Shown piece after piece: positions 12,901 through 26,399 of a stretch of 64,000 nt of DNA (the first letter of the stretch is position 1; every line of letters starts with the position of its first letter). A program made the position numbers and the translations under genes. The notes under the pieces were generated by a model that saw only the letters and a program-made list of their open reading frames with translations, made no database searches and was not told where the DNA came from. The DNA lies in NCBI GenBank assembly GCA_011109175.1, contig RDEW01000043.1, positions 310,001 through 374,000 of the forward strand, in the 5' to 3' direction. Origin of the DNA: Dicyema japonicum (taxonomy: Eukaryota; Animalia; Dicyemida).

Positions 12901-12939
12901 AAATTAGATGAAACACACAAAGAGTAATCGATTGCCATT

Positions 12940-13330
12940 TATTAACTCCAAGCTTACAATTTTGGTAAGCTCAGTACAAACAGTCACAACTGATTAATAA
13001 ACGGAAGGAACCCAAGGGAGAAAGTCTGTTTGTTCTGATCAAATCCATCCTCCGATAGTCCAGTCCGTTTCAGAAGAGAGGTGGAGAAGTAGGTCACCCT
13101 ATTCCATTTTCATCACACGTCCTACCGTCGCGGACATCAATTCCTTCTTCGGCAGAAGAATTTTCATATAGTAATTTTCAAGTGTAGATTTAGTCCGGGA
13201 GAAAGTAAGAAGATCCCCTTCAACTACTGAGTCGTGCCAGAAGGACTCGTCGCCTAGCGGATGGGATCTGTTTGACGCAGAAAATCGATTATCATAGTCC
13301 TTAGCATTTTTGACATGTTTATGTTTGACT
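12940..13330 (-). mobile_element. Interspersed repeat family D; possible Gypsy integrase C-terminus plus 3'UTR/LTR relic
   Basis: Homologous to 29150-29520. Minus-strand peptide KDYDNR..HPLGDE..W resembles the YD.R..GD.VW integrase tail. Shared AATAAA downstream. Confidence 0.4.
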
Positions 13331-13449
13331 TCTCGAATTCTCCAACTATGGGAAATAATTCCCTAATAACGTAAATGACAAAATCAAGTGTACTTTTAGA
13401 AGAGAGACTACAGACGTGGTGCAGGCCGTGAGGACTTTTCTAGTTAAGT

Positions 13450-13635
13450 CTCTTTATTTCACGTTATATCTTTATCGCCTTGTCAGAGATACGTCCCTTT
13501 ATTTCACGTTATATCTCTATCGCCTTGTCAGAGACTTACACCCTTCACTCTTACCTTATATCCTTATTGCCTTGTCAGACTACACCCTCCACTTTTTCCT
13601 TATATCCTTGTCAGAGACTTACACCCTTCACTCTG
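13450..13635 (+). repeat. Minisatellite of about 4 units (39-46 bp)
   Basis: Repeated ttatatc..cgccttgtcagaga..acaccctt units with progressive divergence. Confidence 0.85.
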
Positions 13636-13890
13636 CATGGACTTAACGACGATGTAAGGAAACATCAGTTATGTAGGGATTTTCTTAAATATGACCTGCT
13701 TCTTGCAAGAGACAATAATCAGACAGCATTCAATATGAGTGATTACAAATCAATGTTCCCCAAATCCGATTCTCCTCACTATGGACTTGGTTTTGCTATG
13801 CACAAGTGGATGTGGACTAATATGAACACGATATGGAAGGTAAACAATAAAATTTCAGTGATCCAAATATTAACAAAACTCTAAATTAAA
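13620..13890 (+). mobile_element. Degenerate APE endonuclease N-terminus of a LINE
   Basis: FTLHGLNDDVRKHQL..D..KYDLLL..D and YGLGFA resemble the APE start motif (T.NV.GL..KK..L...DI...QET, GVGF). Confidence 0.5.
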
Positions 13891-14570
13891 GCAGGTAGAC
13901 TTCAAAACATGTGCCTATATTATCTAGACCTGTTAACAGAGCTAAGGTGGTTTCCAAGATTTTCAGTTTCTTCGTGAAGGTATTTTTGTCTGGTTGATAA
14001 ATATATCCGCGGTCATTTTTCCAAGTCGTTTGTCTGAGGTAAATAAAAACGATGATTTTTCAGAAATATATCATCATGGAATTTTCGAAGCAGCAGTCAA
14101 CAAAATAATTTATTAAACACAAAAAAATTCAGTCAATAAAAATTATATAAACTTGAAAAAACTGAAGGAGACATTGGTCTCCGATGATTAGTATTCAAAA
14201 TAAAATTCATTCAAATAGGCAACAGACTGGATCAAATATGGAGAAATTGTCACAATCGAGCTATCTGAAGCACAAAATTCTTTATCGTCCTCTTCAATGT
14301 AAGGGACAAAAATACCGGACCATTCCGTGGTGTTTAGCAAGGACTATATTTCCTTCAGTATCCGCCAGAACTAAAACTCCTTAGTTTATTATGACTAATA
14401 AACCCATAAATATTCTCCCGGTATTGATAGATACCTTGAGAGTCTTTCCCATTAAATAGTGAATATCGATTGGCTCAGGGATAAAATTATACATCACATC
14501 AAAGTGATTTTTAAATTTTTAATTTTTTTTTAAATTTAAACTAATTTAACATTACTCCCCTATATAAAAT

Positions 14571-15003
14571 CCCTCCCACTCTCTATGCAAACCGCAAAAA
14601 AATTATTATGTCTCGAATGCTATCATCCATCCCTTCCAGCCCAAAATGACAGAGTCGTCTGAAGATACACGATTTTGTTTCTACGAGAAGCATCCAAAAA
14701 CTCGGAGACAATAAATACTACGACCCCTCCTCCAATAGACCAATCAGAATCTTTTTTCCGAGAACGTCCTAGTAAACTGGCTCGTCTACGATGTGACCAC
14801 CATATCTACCAACATACGACATCCTCTGTGCCTTTTGCAACTTCCACGTGTTGACAACAAATCACCTATTTGAATGTCATTAATTGGCACAACGTTCTCT
14901 ACAATGCCGGGACTGACCGATCTATGGGAGCGACAAACATCTGCTGCGTCCTATTTAATAGCTGCTGGCATCCTAAAAGTTAGTGAGCTGGGTTACCTAA
15001 CTA
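14571..15003 (+). mobile_element. LINE C-terminal fragment
   Basis: LARLRCDH..C..TTNHLFEC..DLWER..AASYL. Flanked by near-direct repeat actccc(c)tatataa at about 14554 and 15004. Confidence 0.6.
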
Positions 15004-16436
15004 ACTCCCTATATAATAAAATATTGTTCTGGTAGCGTAGTCGCATTTTTCTGTGAGTTGGATTCCACACTGTTATATACTTGGTTGAAGGATCTCCCTT
15101 CTTATTTTTGCTTACTATGGCGTCGTTTGATCTACGAAGACACCAATGGCTTGGCGGCATCTATAAATGGTCCTCTTTCCCTACTTCAGTGGAGGGTTCC
15201 TAAATGGCCGATACTTGGAATGATACGTTCCACCTCGACCAGGGAAGCTGGATAAAGCCTCTTTCATGGGTTATCTAGCAAAGACTATTTTTTGGTGAAA
15301 ATAAATTTTGATCTAAAGGCAATGTTATGGTTCTATCTATGCCTGATGTGCTAGGGAATGTAAATTAAATTTTGATGGATTCCTCATTGATGTCTTTGTT
15401 AGCAAAAATAATCATACAATGACAGCCAAAGGAGATTTATTTAGCTGTAAGTATATTAAGATCGCAGATACATGGTCGAAAAGTTTTAAGTGACTGAAAT
15501 ATCGATGATTCTGAATATTTTCTTAAGTTAACGAATTTATTCCCAAAGACCACAAAACAGAACTTGATGACAATGTCTTCACACCTCTTTCAGCTCTTTG
15601 AAGTCATTTAAATTCACTGTGGAAACGGTTTCAGGATTTTTAATCGCTTATCGCTTTACTTAGTAAGGCAGCAGGAGTCCGCACATAATGATAGTAGGAA
15701 ACGCTATGTCTTTGATGACTTTAATCCTGACAGGTATAATGCGCGATGAGCTCTCAGACGCCATATAGCCTTTTAATAGGGCAAAGTTCTGCAGGAAACT
15801 AAACTTTGAGTTGAACATGATCCAATTAATCCTCCTTAGCAGTATGAATTTCTCAAGTCTCAAAATGAGACAGCATTTAAGACGTCTTGTATCTTCTAAC
15901 ACCCAGTATCTAGTCTCCACGAGTGATACCTGAATACGTCATCCCACAGACAACTATGTGAGTTTCACAGTTGTGTGGATTATCAGTTCGCTATTACGCT
16001 AACGCAACTAGTCATGTGGTTGCTAATGTTTACAATGATAGATTCTAAGTCGGACCACAAGAGAATTGTTAAAGATTCAATTAGACAATCATCAGAACAC
16101 TATCAAAAGTTATAGGGAAGATAAAAAATTTTGGAAACGTCAGGAATCATAGGAAGAAGGTCACTGATCCTGCTAAACAAAATCGGATCACTCATGCGGA
16201 AAAGAAAAATGATAGGAGAAAACGGATCTGGTTCATTGAGTTAATTTCATGCAATTGTATGGGAAATTCGTTTCTCAATTATAAGAGCATTGTTTATATT
16301 TTTGCATATCAAAAGAAAAGGGCACTAACTATATTTTTCCTACGATTACCACGACTAAGTGATACTTAACATACAAAGTACATGAAAAGAAAACTGTACA
16401 AAATTCAAAAACCGAAAGTAACGAAAAATGAATTAA

Positions 16437-17855
16437 CTAAACGCTGTGTCCATTGGAATCTTCAAAGACCACACCTTCTTGGACACAATTATTCTCATCA
16501 CCGCAAACTTTCTTGGAAGGAGAATCAGTCATATCATTGTCTCCACTAGAGGAAACCTTAGCGTCCACATTATGATTCCATTCGCATCCGAGGGACATTA
16601 TCGGTAGAAACAACTTCATTATTATCATCACAGAGTTCAGGATTCACATTCTCACAGAGTTTCTTAGTGCAGAATCAATACATCTTCATCAGCATCTCCA
16701 TGATTCCTCTTCGTATTCTAAATACAAAAAAGAGAGTCACCTTACGATGCAACAAATGAGTGATGTCGTTAAAGCACTTCTCATTGGCTGTCTTGTCAAA
16801 CCCAGTGGACTGCATTTCTCTAGCAAACCAGCAACCTTTAATATAACATAGGATTTACTATCTTCGAGCTATCGCGGATATCGCACTTCCCTTCTTCACA
16901 CTCTGTTATCTAAAATAACCCACATGTGATGCCTTGAACTCCAATTCCTCCACGAGTTTACTAATCTCCTCCTCAGCGTTCTCGTTCTCTGGTAATTGCA
17001 CTGATTTTAAAGCCTCAATTGACTGACGAAAGCTCTCAATGGCAGAATCGAATTCCTTGGATTCCACGTAGACAAGTCCAGTGTGATAGTGACACTCGGC
17101 AATCTCCCTCACCGAACAGCAACTCTCAGGATTCTTTCGAATCTCCAATGCCTTCGAAATGTCACCTAAAGCCTCGTCGAAATTGCCTACAGTAAAACAA
17201 CTATAGTTATACCTGATTCAAGACTAATCTGAGCTAAGTTAAGATACACCTGAGAAAGTCGAGAGAGTCTGACGTTTTCGGGCATGATTTTGTCACTAAA
17301 AATACAAATTAACTAAACTTGAGCAAAATATTTAAACAAACTCCAAAAACCTCCCATGACAGCTGAAGGTAAGATACATCGGCATCGGTTTCACTCTTAT
17401 CAACATCTTTAGAGGAATCAATCTCAGTATCGGGAGCTTTTTCAGACTCTTCCTCCTCTTCTTGTTGTTCTCCTTGTTCATCTTCTTCCATTTCGGGTTC
17501 ATCCTGCTCTTCTTCTTCGTCAGGTTGATTTTCAGGGGCTATAAATTAAGTTGAATTATACGGCAGATGTTAGGAAGCTCCCCTTCTTCTGAACGACTGA
17601 GAGCTAAAAGGGACAATCCGTAGTAGAAATAAGGATCAACACATTCATGAGAGGTCTCTCCATACTTTTCTACACTAGGGATGGTTAGATTTCCATTATA
17701 CATAATTTTGCAGGCTTTATCAAGATTGTCCACTGATTCGAAATGGTTTCCACAGTAGTAATCTCTTATTCCAGTAGCAAGGAACTGCTTTACTTCTACT
17801 TCTCTAATAAAATGATAAATAAATAAACTAACGTATCAGGAACGGTACTAGACAT
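16437..17855 (-). CDS. NASP: NASP / N1-N2 histone chaperone (SHNi-TPR), multi-exon; 3' end uncertain
   Basis: KYGETSHEC.D.YFYYGLSLL.L.R.E.G, acidic insert, LQLSWEVF, VYLNLAQISLESGNF..A, REIAECHYHTGLVY..EFDSAIESFRQSIE, C-terminal NDITHLLHRK. Confidence 0.88.
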
Positions 17856-18109
17856 CTTGAGTAACAGGGTGCCATAATTTATTTATTTATTGTTTAATTT
17901 AGGTTATCCACTCCTTAAATTAAAAAATTAATAATATTTCTTTTTAAATTAATAATTACTTGATTTATTTTCAACTAAATTGATATTATTTTTAATCTAA
18001 AATGCTTGTGCATCTCCCAACAGCTGAATTAAAATTAACTATTCTTTTTCCTTTTTCCTTATAATAATAATGAATTAAAAATCTAAAAATGAAAAGTATT
18101 ATTATTATT

Positions 18110-18262
18110 CCCGAAACCACCCTGCCCACAGAGAAGTTGTGTTGGATCCCAGAAGGCGCACGAGGAGAAAATGAGAAATCTGATTGAGGCCTTTGAGATC
18201 ACTTAATTAATTTAGTAATTAAATTAACTGTTGGTGCTCTTGTGTTAATAATAATAATAAAA
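18110..18262 (+). mobile_element. LINE 3' end
   Basis: CVGSQKAHEEKMRNLIEAFEIT* followed by a degenerate hairpin and (TAA)n. Confidence 0.6.
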
Positions 18263-18309
18263 GTATTATTCCTCTCCACCAACATACAGATATGTGGCTT
18301 AGTTAATTG

Positions 18310-18600
18310 TCAGCGCCGCGTGCCGCCATGTGATGCTATGTGGCTAGTTGGTCAATAATTTTTCCCTTTTCTCCTATGGGGTCATTGGATTCACCTTACT
18401 GAGGCCTGGCCAGCATCAAGAGGATCCACCTATTTTTTCCCCGGGGACAACTATGTTACCTGGGGATAAGTTCTGAAACGCTGGAACGATTCAAAATCAA
18501 AAACTTAGTTAGTTTAGTTTGGAATATGTGGCTAATTGAACTAAGATTTTTTGTTTTTTCTGTTCCTCCTCCTTCATTTTGGTTCCAGAGAACTTGAATT
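18310..18600 (+). mobile_element. SINE family B 5' fragments
   Basis: gccgcgtg..ccatgtgatgctatgtggcta head matches 24495 and 53308. Confidence 0.55.
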
Positions 18601-18859
18601 GTTATCGTAAGTCATGTGGTTATACATCTCAGGTGGCGCTAGATATACTTCTAAATTATATCCAAAAAAGACCATTAGTCAACAATCATCTAGAGGAGTT
18701 CCACCTAGACGGCATTTCCTTCAAGTCCGAACATGCAAAGACTGCTGATGGAAGGAGGGATCACCTGAATTTAGCATTCTTGCTATGAAGGTGTTTTTTT
18801 GGTTCAATAAATTTAATTAATTTAACATCCATATATAAACTGGATCATGTGAAAGATTT

Positions 18860-19200
18860 TCTCTGTTCTTTTGCAACCCCACAAGTTGAAGACAAATCAC
18901 CTTTTCAAATGTTCAAGACTTATGTGATATCCAGCTCCAACGTTTAAAGTGACCGATTATGGGGCGATCTATAATTGCCACATTCAATTTAATATCCGCT
19001 GGTCTCCTACAGGTTGATGTAATTGGAGTGGCTTATCTTAACAAAATATTTTAAGCGTTTTAACATCCACTTAGCAACATATGTCGATGACATTATTCTT
19101 GCATACAGCGAATGGGAAAATCCAAGTAAAAACGGCACTAAAGAAGATTGCTGACTTTGAGCTGACTCTATAAACTTTCAGGTTCAGTGACGAGATAAAA
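18860..19200 (+). mobile_element. Degenerate RT fragment
   Basis: G.LQ..IG and YVDDIILAY motifs. Confidence 0.45.
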
Positions 19201-19479
19201 CATGGTAGTATTAAACCGCTCATTTAGCGGTGAGCATATTGTCAATTTGTGAGAAGGATGAATTTGCGGAGTAGCTCTATTTCCAAAGTAACAGTTTCGT
19301 TCCGAGTTCTAACCTCATAGGACATAAAACTGGAAGAATTTCTCTGATCTTCATGTTGACCTTGGGATAGAACATGGGATTTATTAGTTAGTTTTTACTC
19401 TTCGACAAAAAATTGATCTCCATTATGAGGAATAAATCATAATCTGTTCTGGATCCATTGATGAACGCCATGTCTTCCT

Positions 19480-19690
19480 TCTCGTAAGGATGAACGAAGT
19501 GAAGTATTCAAGACACATCGGAAACCTGAAGATATAAAGAAATGTCGAATGTACGTAGGATTCTGGTTCGAATCTAGTCAGTGCAGATTTGAAAAAACTT
19601 GGCAGAAGCTGGAACTATAGGAAGATAGTTGATATGATCCTGCATATGTTGCTATGGTTTCTAATGCACTTGTTGCTCGTTAATATCTGT
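19480..19690 (+). mobile_element. SINE family C copy
   Basis: gtaggattctGGTTCGAATC (19565-19574), then aaaaacttgg..gatagttga. Confidence 0.55.
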
Positions 19691-20210
19691 TAATGAATGA
19701 AAATTTTAGTGAAAAAATCGTAAGCAAGTGATACTCAACTACTTCATGATGCTTTCATTAATTCAGTCATATTTCCCCTCATTCGATATTTTAATTTGAA
19801 TTAAATTTATAGGTTTAATGACATTCAGAATATCATCTTTATCGGCTTATGGAAAACATAACTCTAAAAGTTTGTGAAACAAGCCTTTTGATGGCATTTT
19901 AGAAACAAAGTTGTGAGGCGTGAATGGGTGGCTTTTATTTTCGGAAAAATCTAACAATACGAGTTGCTCCAACGATGTGTATCATCCACCTTGTATTTGT
20001 AAAGTTCCACAGTCTGTGGGCCATATGTTCTGATATTTTACATTTATTGTAGGTCAAAGATGAGGATATTATTATAAATTGCTAATCTAATTCATTAATT
20101 AATTTCATTAGAAACGTCATAAAATAATTATTTTTAATAAATAATTTTAAATTATTATTAAAGTTAACAAAAACAACCGCCAATTTTTTTGTTTCTGGTG
20201 AAATTTCTCG

Positions 20211-23200
20211 ATGAAGAAATCAAAAACCAAAGAACGGAAAAATACTCTAAATTTCATAATTGTGAATAAAAAACAGTATCCCGAATTAGAACAGGCTCAC
20301 AAGGTGATCATTGGTAAAATAATATAGATTTTATTGACTCAAAACTCAATTGTAGAATGTATAGAGAAGTAGCCAATACGGTAGAGATTGTAAAGAAGTC
20401 TGCAATCTACATAATCGGGGAATTTAGCGGTAATTTGTTCGACCAGCTCAGAAAAAGCGTAAAAATCTTTGGTGGACACTGCATAATCAGTGCTTTCCGT
20501 AACAATCTAGTTAGATTCATAAAATAAGTGCAGACCATACCGAAATCGGCAAATCCTGTCTTCAGTCTCACTCTTCTACGGAAAGTGGTAACTTCTACAG
20601 GGCTAACCCCGGTGGAAAGGGTTCTATTTTTGATTCACTTTAGATTCATGTAAAAGACCATGTTTCATGGATGGGGGGACTCTTCGTGAACGCACTCACG
20701 GATTCCGTTACTCATCTCATAAGCAACAATGTGGGATCTAAGAAGTACAAAATTGCCCGTAAGCTTAAACTGGAAATCGTCCTACCCACGTGGATTGATC
20801 ACTATGGAGAGTTCAGTCTATCGAATCAGCAGAGAACTTCCGCTGTCCTTCTTTGAAAGGACTCGTGATCTCACTTTCTGGATTCAGTGCTTCCGACCGA
20901 GTCTCCCTCAAGAATATTATAGAAAGAAACGGAGGAGAGTACTCTGTAAATGTCCGAGTGTCCCACTGTACCCATTTAGTGGTCCCAATCCAACACTTTA
21001 TGTGTAATATCGTGTGCTTATTTTAGCCGACAAGATAAAAACCGCAAAAAAGAATAACATATACATTGTGACACCGAATTGGCTGTATGAATCCGACAAA
21101 TCACTTTACTGTGCGGACGAAGCCCTTCATCGTATGGAAGTTGGCCCTTTCACGGAGACTGCCTCTCTTTTCGCAGAGGAAACTCAGGATATTCCTTCCT
21201 TCAGTCAAATCGAGTCTAATTTCAAGCGGACTGGGCCTCTTAACAACACTAGAGTCAGAATTAGCTTTTATTGCAGATTTTTATGGCTGAATCTCCGACT
21301 GCGGAAATTTCCGATCTCCTGGATTCCTCGGCGGCTAAATTGTGTTAATTTATTTTACTGTAGAGTGGATGACATCTCCATAGCTACACACGTACTCGTA
21401 AATAAATTATCAGAAACGTCCGATAATTACGCAGATCAGTCTTGATTTCTGAAATCTTTAGGGTGGTCGTAGTGGATGGTGACTGGCTAGCTGATTGTTT
21501 GTCGTCAGACACAGTGGAACCAGTAAAGAATGACAGTCAGATCGACTCCTCCACTAACATTGTCAACTCCCAATGCTCCATTATACAACAGAATGACATT
21601 ATTTCTCAATATGACGGTGATTTGTGTTAATAACTACAAGGAAAAGTATTTGATGGATTAAAGTTCTCTCTTATTGACGATTTTGATGGTCTTCTTGCTG
21701 ATCAGATTGTAAATAACGGAGGTGTGCCACATTAACACATTTAGGCGAAATTGGAGAGAAATGTGATTATTTGGTAAGCCGAATAGTATCGAATGAGGAA
21801 TGTCTTCACTCTTGTATTTTGGTAACTGATATTTGGATTGTATTTGTTGCCTTATTTTTTTCTAGAAATGCTCAATCCAACACAAACAACTGTTGAGTTT
21901 GGATAACCGCTATTTTCGACCGTTAAGATTGAAGAATAACCTGCTTTTTGAAAAAATTGCTTTCAAAATTGAGCTTGATGAGGAAAATTGTGAGGTACCT
22001 ACCTTAAAAGACATTCACGACTCACTTGTCCTAATCATTGAGAAGCACGGTGGACTGTAATTGCTGTTTTTCAGTTTAGTGTTCTCTGGGATTTCCACGA
22101 TCTTATAAAGTCAAAGAACCTTGCCAACAACTCAAACTCAAATAATCGTCTCACATTAATAATCTCCAATAAACGTGATGTTTCTAGCGATTATCCATCA
22201 GTTTCATGCGGGTTTGTGGATTATCCGTAATTTTATAGGTGGGTGTTTGATGTTGCTGAGAAAGGCATGTGATGTCAACTTGGATCTTTCTCTCCTCACG
22301 CCGCATCTCAGAACACCTAGAGAACGATGATGTTTGTACCACAAGACTTCCAGTAAGCAGCACTCCTGCGGTTCACCGTCGAAGAACCAACGACGAGGAG
22401 CTCAAAGATTCAAATTTTGATATTTTAAAGCACGATGACACTTTCAAGTACAGAAAAGAGTCTTATTTGACTGAAAAACCACAATTTAGACTTTCAGTAG
22501 GGTTTTGACTTTATTTTAGGACGCATTCGAAATGTGTCGGAGTGTAAATGACTCCAGGAGTTTTTCCGCCAATAATGAGTCTAGCTTGGTACCAACAGTT
22601 CTTATTCTAGAATCTCTCAAAGGAGTTTTCGTCTGCTTTGTCGGAAGCGGTCAAAAATATTGAGAGTCGAATTCTTTGTGGAACCGTCTGCTACCTTTCT
22701 ATCCCAAATCGAGAGGATCTCACGAAAATCGTGCTCTCGTTGGGTGGGCGGGTCTCTGAATCCATGAATTCTGCAGTAACCCACCTCGTAGTTAACAAGG
22801 TTGGTTTGTTTTGCACGGTAGAGCTACTCGTGCGTGGAGAATATAAGTCCTGCCGTTTCCGTGGTGTCTCCTGATTGGATATTCCAGGTAATATTCGAGA
22901 CTGACGTTTTAGTGTAAATCAAAGAATACACGTGTCAACGAGACTGCCTTTGCTGTGTAAAATTTACTCCTTAATTCGAGGTCTGTCAAGGAGGATCCAC
23001 TCATTAACAAATTTGTGGATATCTTAGCAGAGGAGGTGAAGAACAGAAGCGTGGAAAGTCTCCCGGATGTCCCCTCCCTTGTGAGCTCCTACGTTTCTAG
23101 GCCAATGTGTATGAATTGCTTGTTAGTAGTAGTGAACCAGCCAATGGCATCGTTTGAAGTCACATTAAGGGACGAATTGGCAGAAAATGAACTGAAACGG

Positions 23201-24076
23201 TTGTCCACGTCGATGACGGATCGTAATTTTGACTCCTTGTTATTGGACGACTCAGGGACATTCAGTAAGGTTTTAAGTTATCTGTAGTTGGGAATCTGAG
23301 TGAAATGGAAAGAGGGATTAATAAAAAATGTGTGTTCATTTTCTCTTCAATGTCCTCTCAGGACAAGGAATTTTGTGCAAATATCCTAAGAAGTCTCGGA
23401 GGGTCGTTTTGGACACGGGCACATTATGTGGAGGACTGCACTCATTTAATTGCTGGTTCCCTCTCCAGGAATGAGAAGACTCTGTCGTGCATTGCCGGGG
23501 GCAAGTGGGTCCTAAAGATTTCTTTTGTCTATGCCTGCCACTCCGCTTCGTTCATTATTGATGTCTGCGTATTGTTGAGTTTATAGGAGTTGAGTCACCA
23601 GTGGGGGGCCTCTGAGGATAAATTAAACTTGGCCCAGCAGAGACTGGCAAATTCGGTAGATTACTGGCGTAGATACGTAAATTCACGTGTATGTTGTTGG
23701 TTTTGATTTCCTAGGCTGTCAGAGCCTTTGATGGCTGGGTTTGCGACGTCAGAGTTGATTCTGAAACAAAAAAAGGAAGTTTTGAACGTCTTCTAACAGC
23801 TGGGGTGGACTTTTATTTTCCAAGACGGATAAGGATCTTACCCACGTTTTTGTAGATGATAGATCAGTAAACTCTGAAAGATATAATGGTTTGAGGTTAT
23901 AATTAGCTGTTGTAGGATGTATTGTGACTAAGACTACTTATATTGAATCTTATCTGCTTGATGTGTCTTCTAATTTTCTGGTGGATGCTTCGAGTGCGAA
24001 GAAAAGGTAGTTTTGATTGTTAATTTTAAGATCAATCCAATATTTTGATTCAGCAGTAAAGAAAAGGCAATGTTGA
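20211..24076 (+). CDS. TOPBP1: DNA topoisomerase II-binding protein 1 (multi-BRCT checkpoint scaffold), many micro-introns; start uncertain, apparent indels
   Basis: BRCT0-2: YIIGEFSGNLFDQL, WMGG..VTHLI..VGSKKY..PTWI, FRCP.LKGLVISLSG..CTHLVV..VTPNWL. BRCT7/8: CTHLIAG.LSRNEK.L.CIAGGKWVL, WG..YWR, AFDGW..FERLL.AG. Confidence 0.92.
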
Positions 24077-24494
24077 CGTTATATATTTTATAATAAAATT
24101 GTTTTACTTAAATATCGGCTTATATATGGTTGTATTGTATTTAGTGGTGGGTCATGCGGTTCACCAACTCTGTTAGCTCTGGTGGTGCTAAGAAGGCACT
24201 TAGTATACCTCGAAAGAGAACGATTCATACCACTTGGAGACAATCTATAACGATGCGTTGACTGCTGATGTAACGTACTGGGAGCTCGTGATTAATTAGT
24301 TTTGTGTTATTGTGGTATTTGAAATTTTTCATTTCACTGCTTTACTACACTGTTTAGTATTTATTAGGGAAATATTTGTTGTAAGCATTTGAATGGACTA
24401 ACGCTGCTTACAGATTTATTATTTTACGTGGGTCATCGGCTCGCTGAGAAGAGTTTTCATGTCATAAAGCTACCCAACATCAATTGAAGCCCAT

Positions 24495-24830
24495 TTGCCG
24501 CGTGGCCCATGTGATGCTACGTGGCTATTTTCAAGTTATTTTTTGCTGTCTTCTTCTTTTCCCTTGTTCTATTAATCTGCCATCATTTGATTTACCTGTC
24601 TAGGTGGTGCCCAATGCCAAGGTGGCACTATAAAAATCATTTTCTCTTCCACTGGAGGAGTTCTCGTAACTGCAAGGACTAGAAGTTTTCTACCCTTTCC
24701 TTTTGTTCAGGATGAATTACGTCAAATTAGATTTCTGCTTCAGCGACGGCACGAACTGGATAAATTAATTAGTTGCTAACTATTAACTTATTTCTCAGTG
24801 TATCGGGATCAATAATAAATTATGAAGCCC
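24495..24830 (+). mobile_element. SINE family B near-full copy
   Basis: Head, core and 3' hairpin tail ggata..tgtatc followed by aataataa. Confidence 0.7.
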
Positions 24831-26399
24831 TCAATCTTCAAACAAATTAGCCACTTAGTCCGTTCGAGTGAAATAATCCGGTGGCTAACAAAATCGTCAC
24901 AGCCAAGAACGGACGCTCTCAGAGATCTGACATGTATATTTGATTCTGTGCAGAACTAGGAGGTGGAACCGGGAAAAAGAAGAGGTGACCCGTCCTCTGG
25001 TCGTCAAAAACTATACCAAGAAAAAATTTCTTGGTTTAAATGTGGGTCACCTGCTCGTAGAGAAAGCTGCCCACATTTGTAGCGAACAGACCCAACTTAT
25101 TTCCCTTCCCAAGCACTACAAGTAGTTTGCTTGGTGGTGGCTACAGGACGAGCGACAAGTTACAGTTCCAGATTTCTTTGATCTATAAAAAAACTAGAAA
25201 ATAATTTATTGTGAAATAAATAGATCTTCCAAAAGTCACAGCAATTTGACGATTATGAATATTCAAATGGCCCAGTTTGTTCACAAACGCAACCATCGTT
25301 GTTCTGGGAGATTAAACATCTTAATCTCTACCATATAGTCCACTCTGTGTTTGAGACATGAATAGTCGATGTACTGATAGCAAGTCAACATAAACGAGTA
25401 AATGCTACTGTAGATTACAATCAAGGTGACTATGGCCTGCAAACGGCTAGAATCCGACTTCTATGAATAAATGAGACTCACAACCTCAAATGGGAAGGAA
25501 ACTGTGACAAAAATGACAGCCATGCTGGTTAAAGAGCTCGAAAAGAAGATGAAGGACACCGTAAAATACTAAAAAGTCAAAAACAAGAAAACATGGCGAT
25601 TACAAAATCTATGCCAGGAAAGGTAAAAACTATAGAAGAACACGATGATCAGCTAAATTTAGTAAAACGTGGTACAAAGGATGATGAAATCAGCGAAACA
25701 ACGCAAATCTGATAATTACTACGCTGAAAAGAATAAATTCCAGAAAAAAGAAGCAAAACTGATAGACATAACTCGATCAAGATCACAAATTTGTTAATAT
25801 TAAATTTGGGAAGTTTCTGTTTTGGGACTTCAAGCAATGTTGACATAAGAGCAAAATTCAAAATATAATTTATTATTTTGAATTTATAGATTTTAATATT
25901 TATGATTAAAATAAAAAATAAATTCAAGGTTTACTATGACAAAGATGATCCATGATTTTATTATCAAATAGGGCCTTTCTTGCCTAAAAAAATACAAGCG
26001 TCCCTTTATCATTTGGTGAGTTTTGGCTTCTTTTTCCTGACCACCTTGATCATATTGTCAATCAAATCTTCTCTGGACCAGTACAACCATTGACTCTAAG
26101 GACTTTCGGAAGTCTCCAGCAGTCTCAACTAGACGCTTGATAGTATCCAGCCTCCTAAATGTTAGTGAGGTCGTGGTAATTAACTAAACTTAAGTCAGGT
26201 GGTTAATTAGTCAGCAGGATGAGCAAGAAATGGTCACCTATGCTGCTGTTACGGAAAACTTTAATAGTTCCGCCAATTAGGGATTAGGCGTCAGAACACA
26301 AGCGAGATTTCGTAAAAAAGGCGAAATTCCCAAAGCATCTTTTTTGGTTGAGAAGTCAGTTCTTACCTGGAATGTTCCTTAAAAGAAACCTTCTTTAGA

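Noticed and set aside
13450-13635. CRISPR-like array
   Set aside because: The units are contiguous and drifting with no unique spacers, the context is eukaryotic, and no cas genes are present.
15240-16230. Slo/BK potassium channel pseudogene (HIVVCG, C.I.ANK, GFI motifs)
   Set aside because: Motif spacing does not fit, there is no pore signature, and there are many stops; this may be chance.
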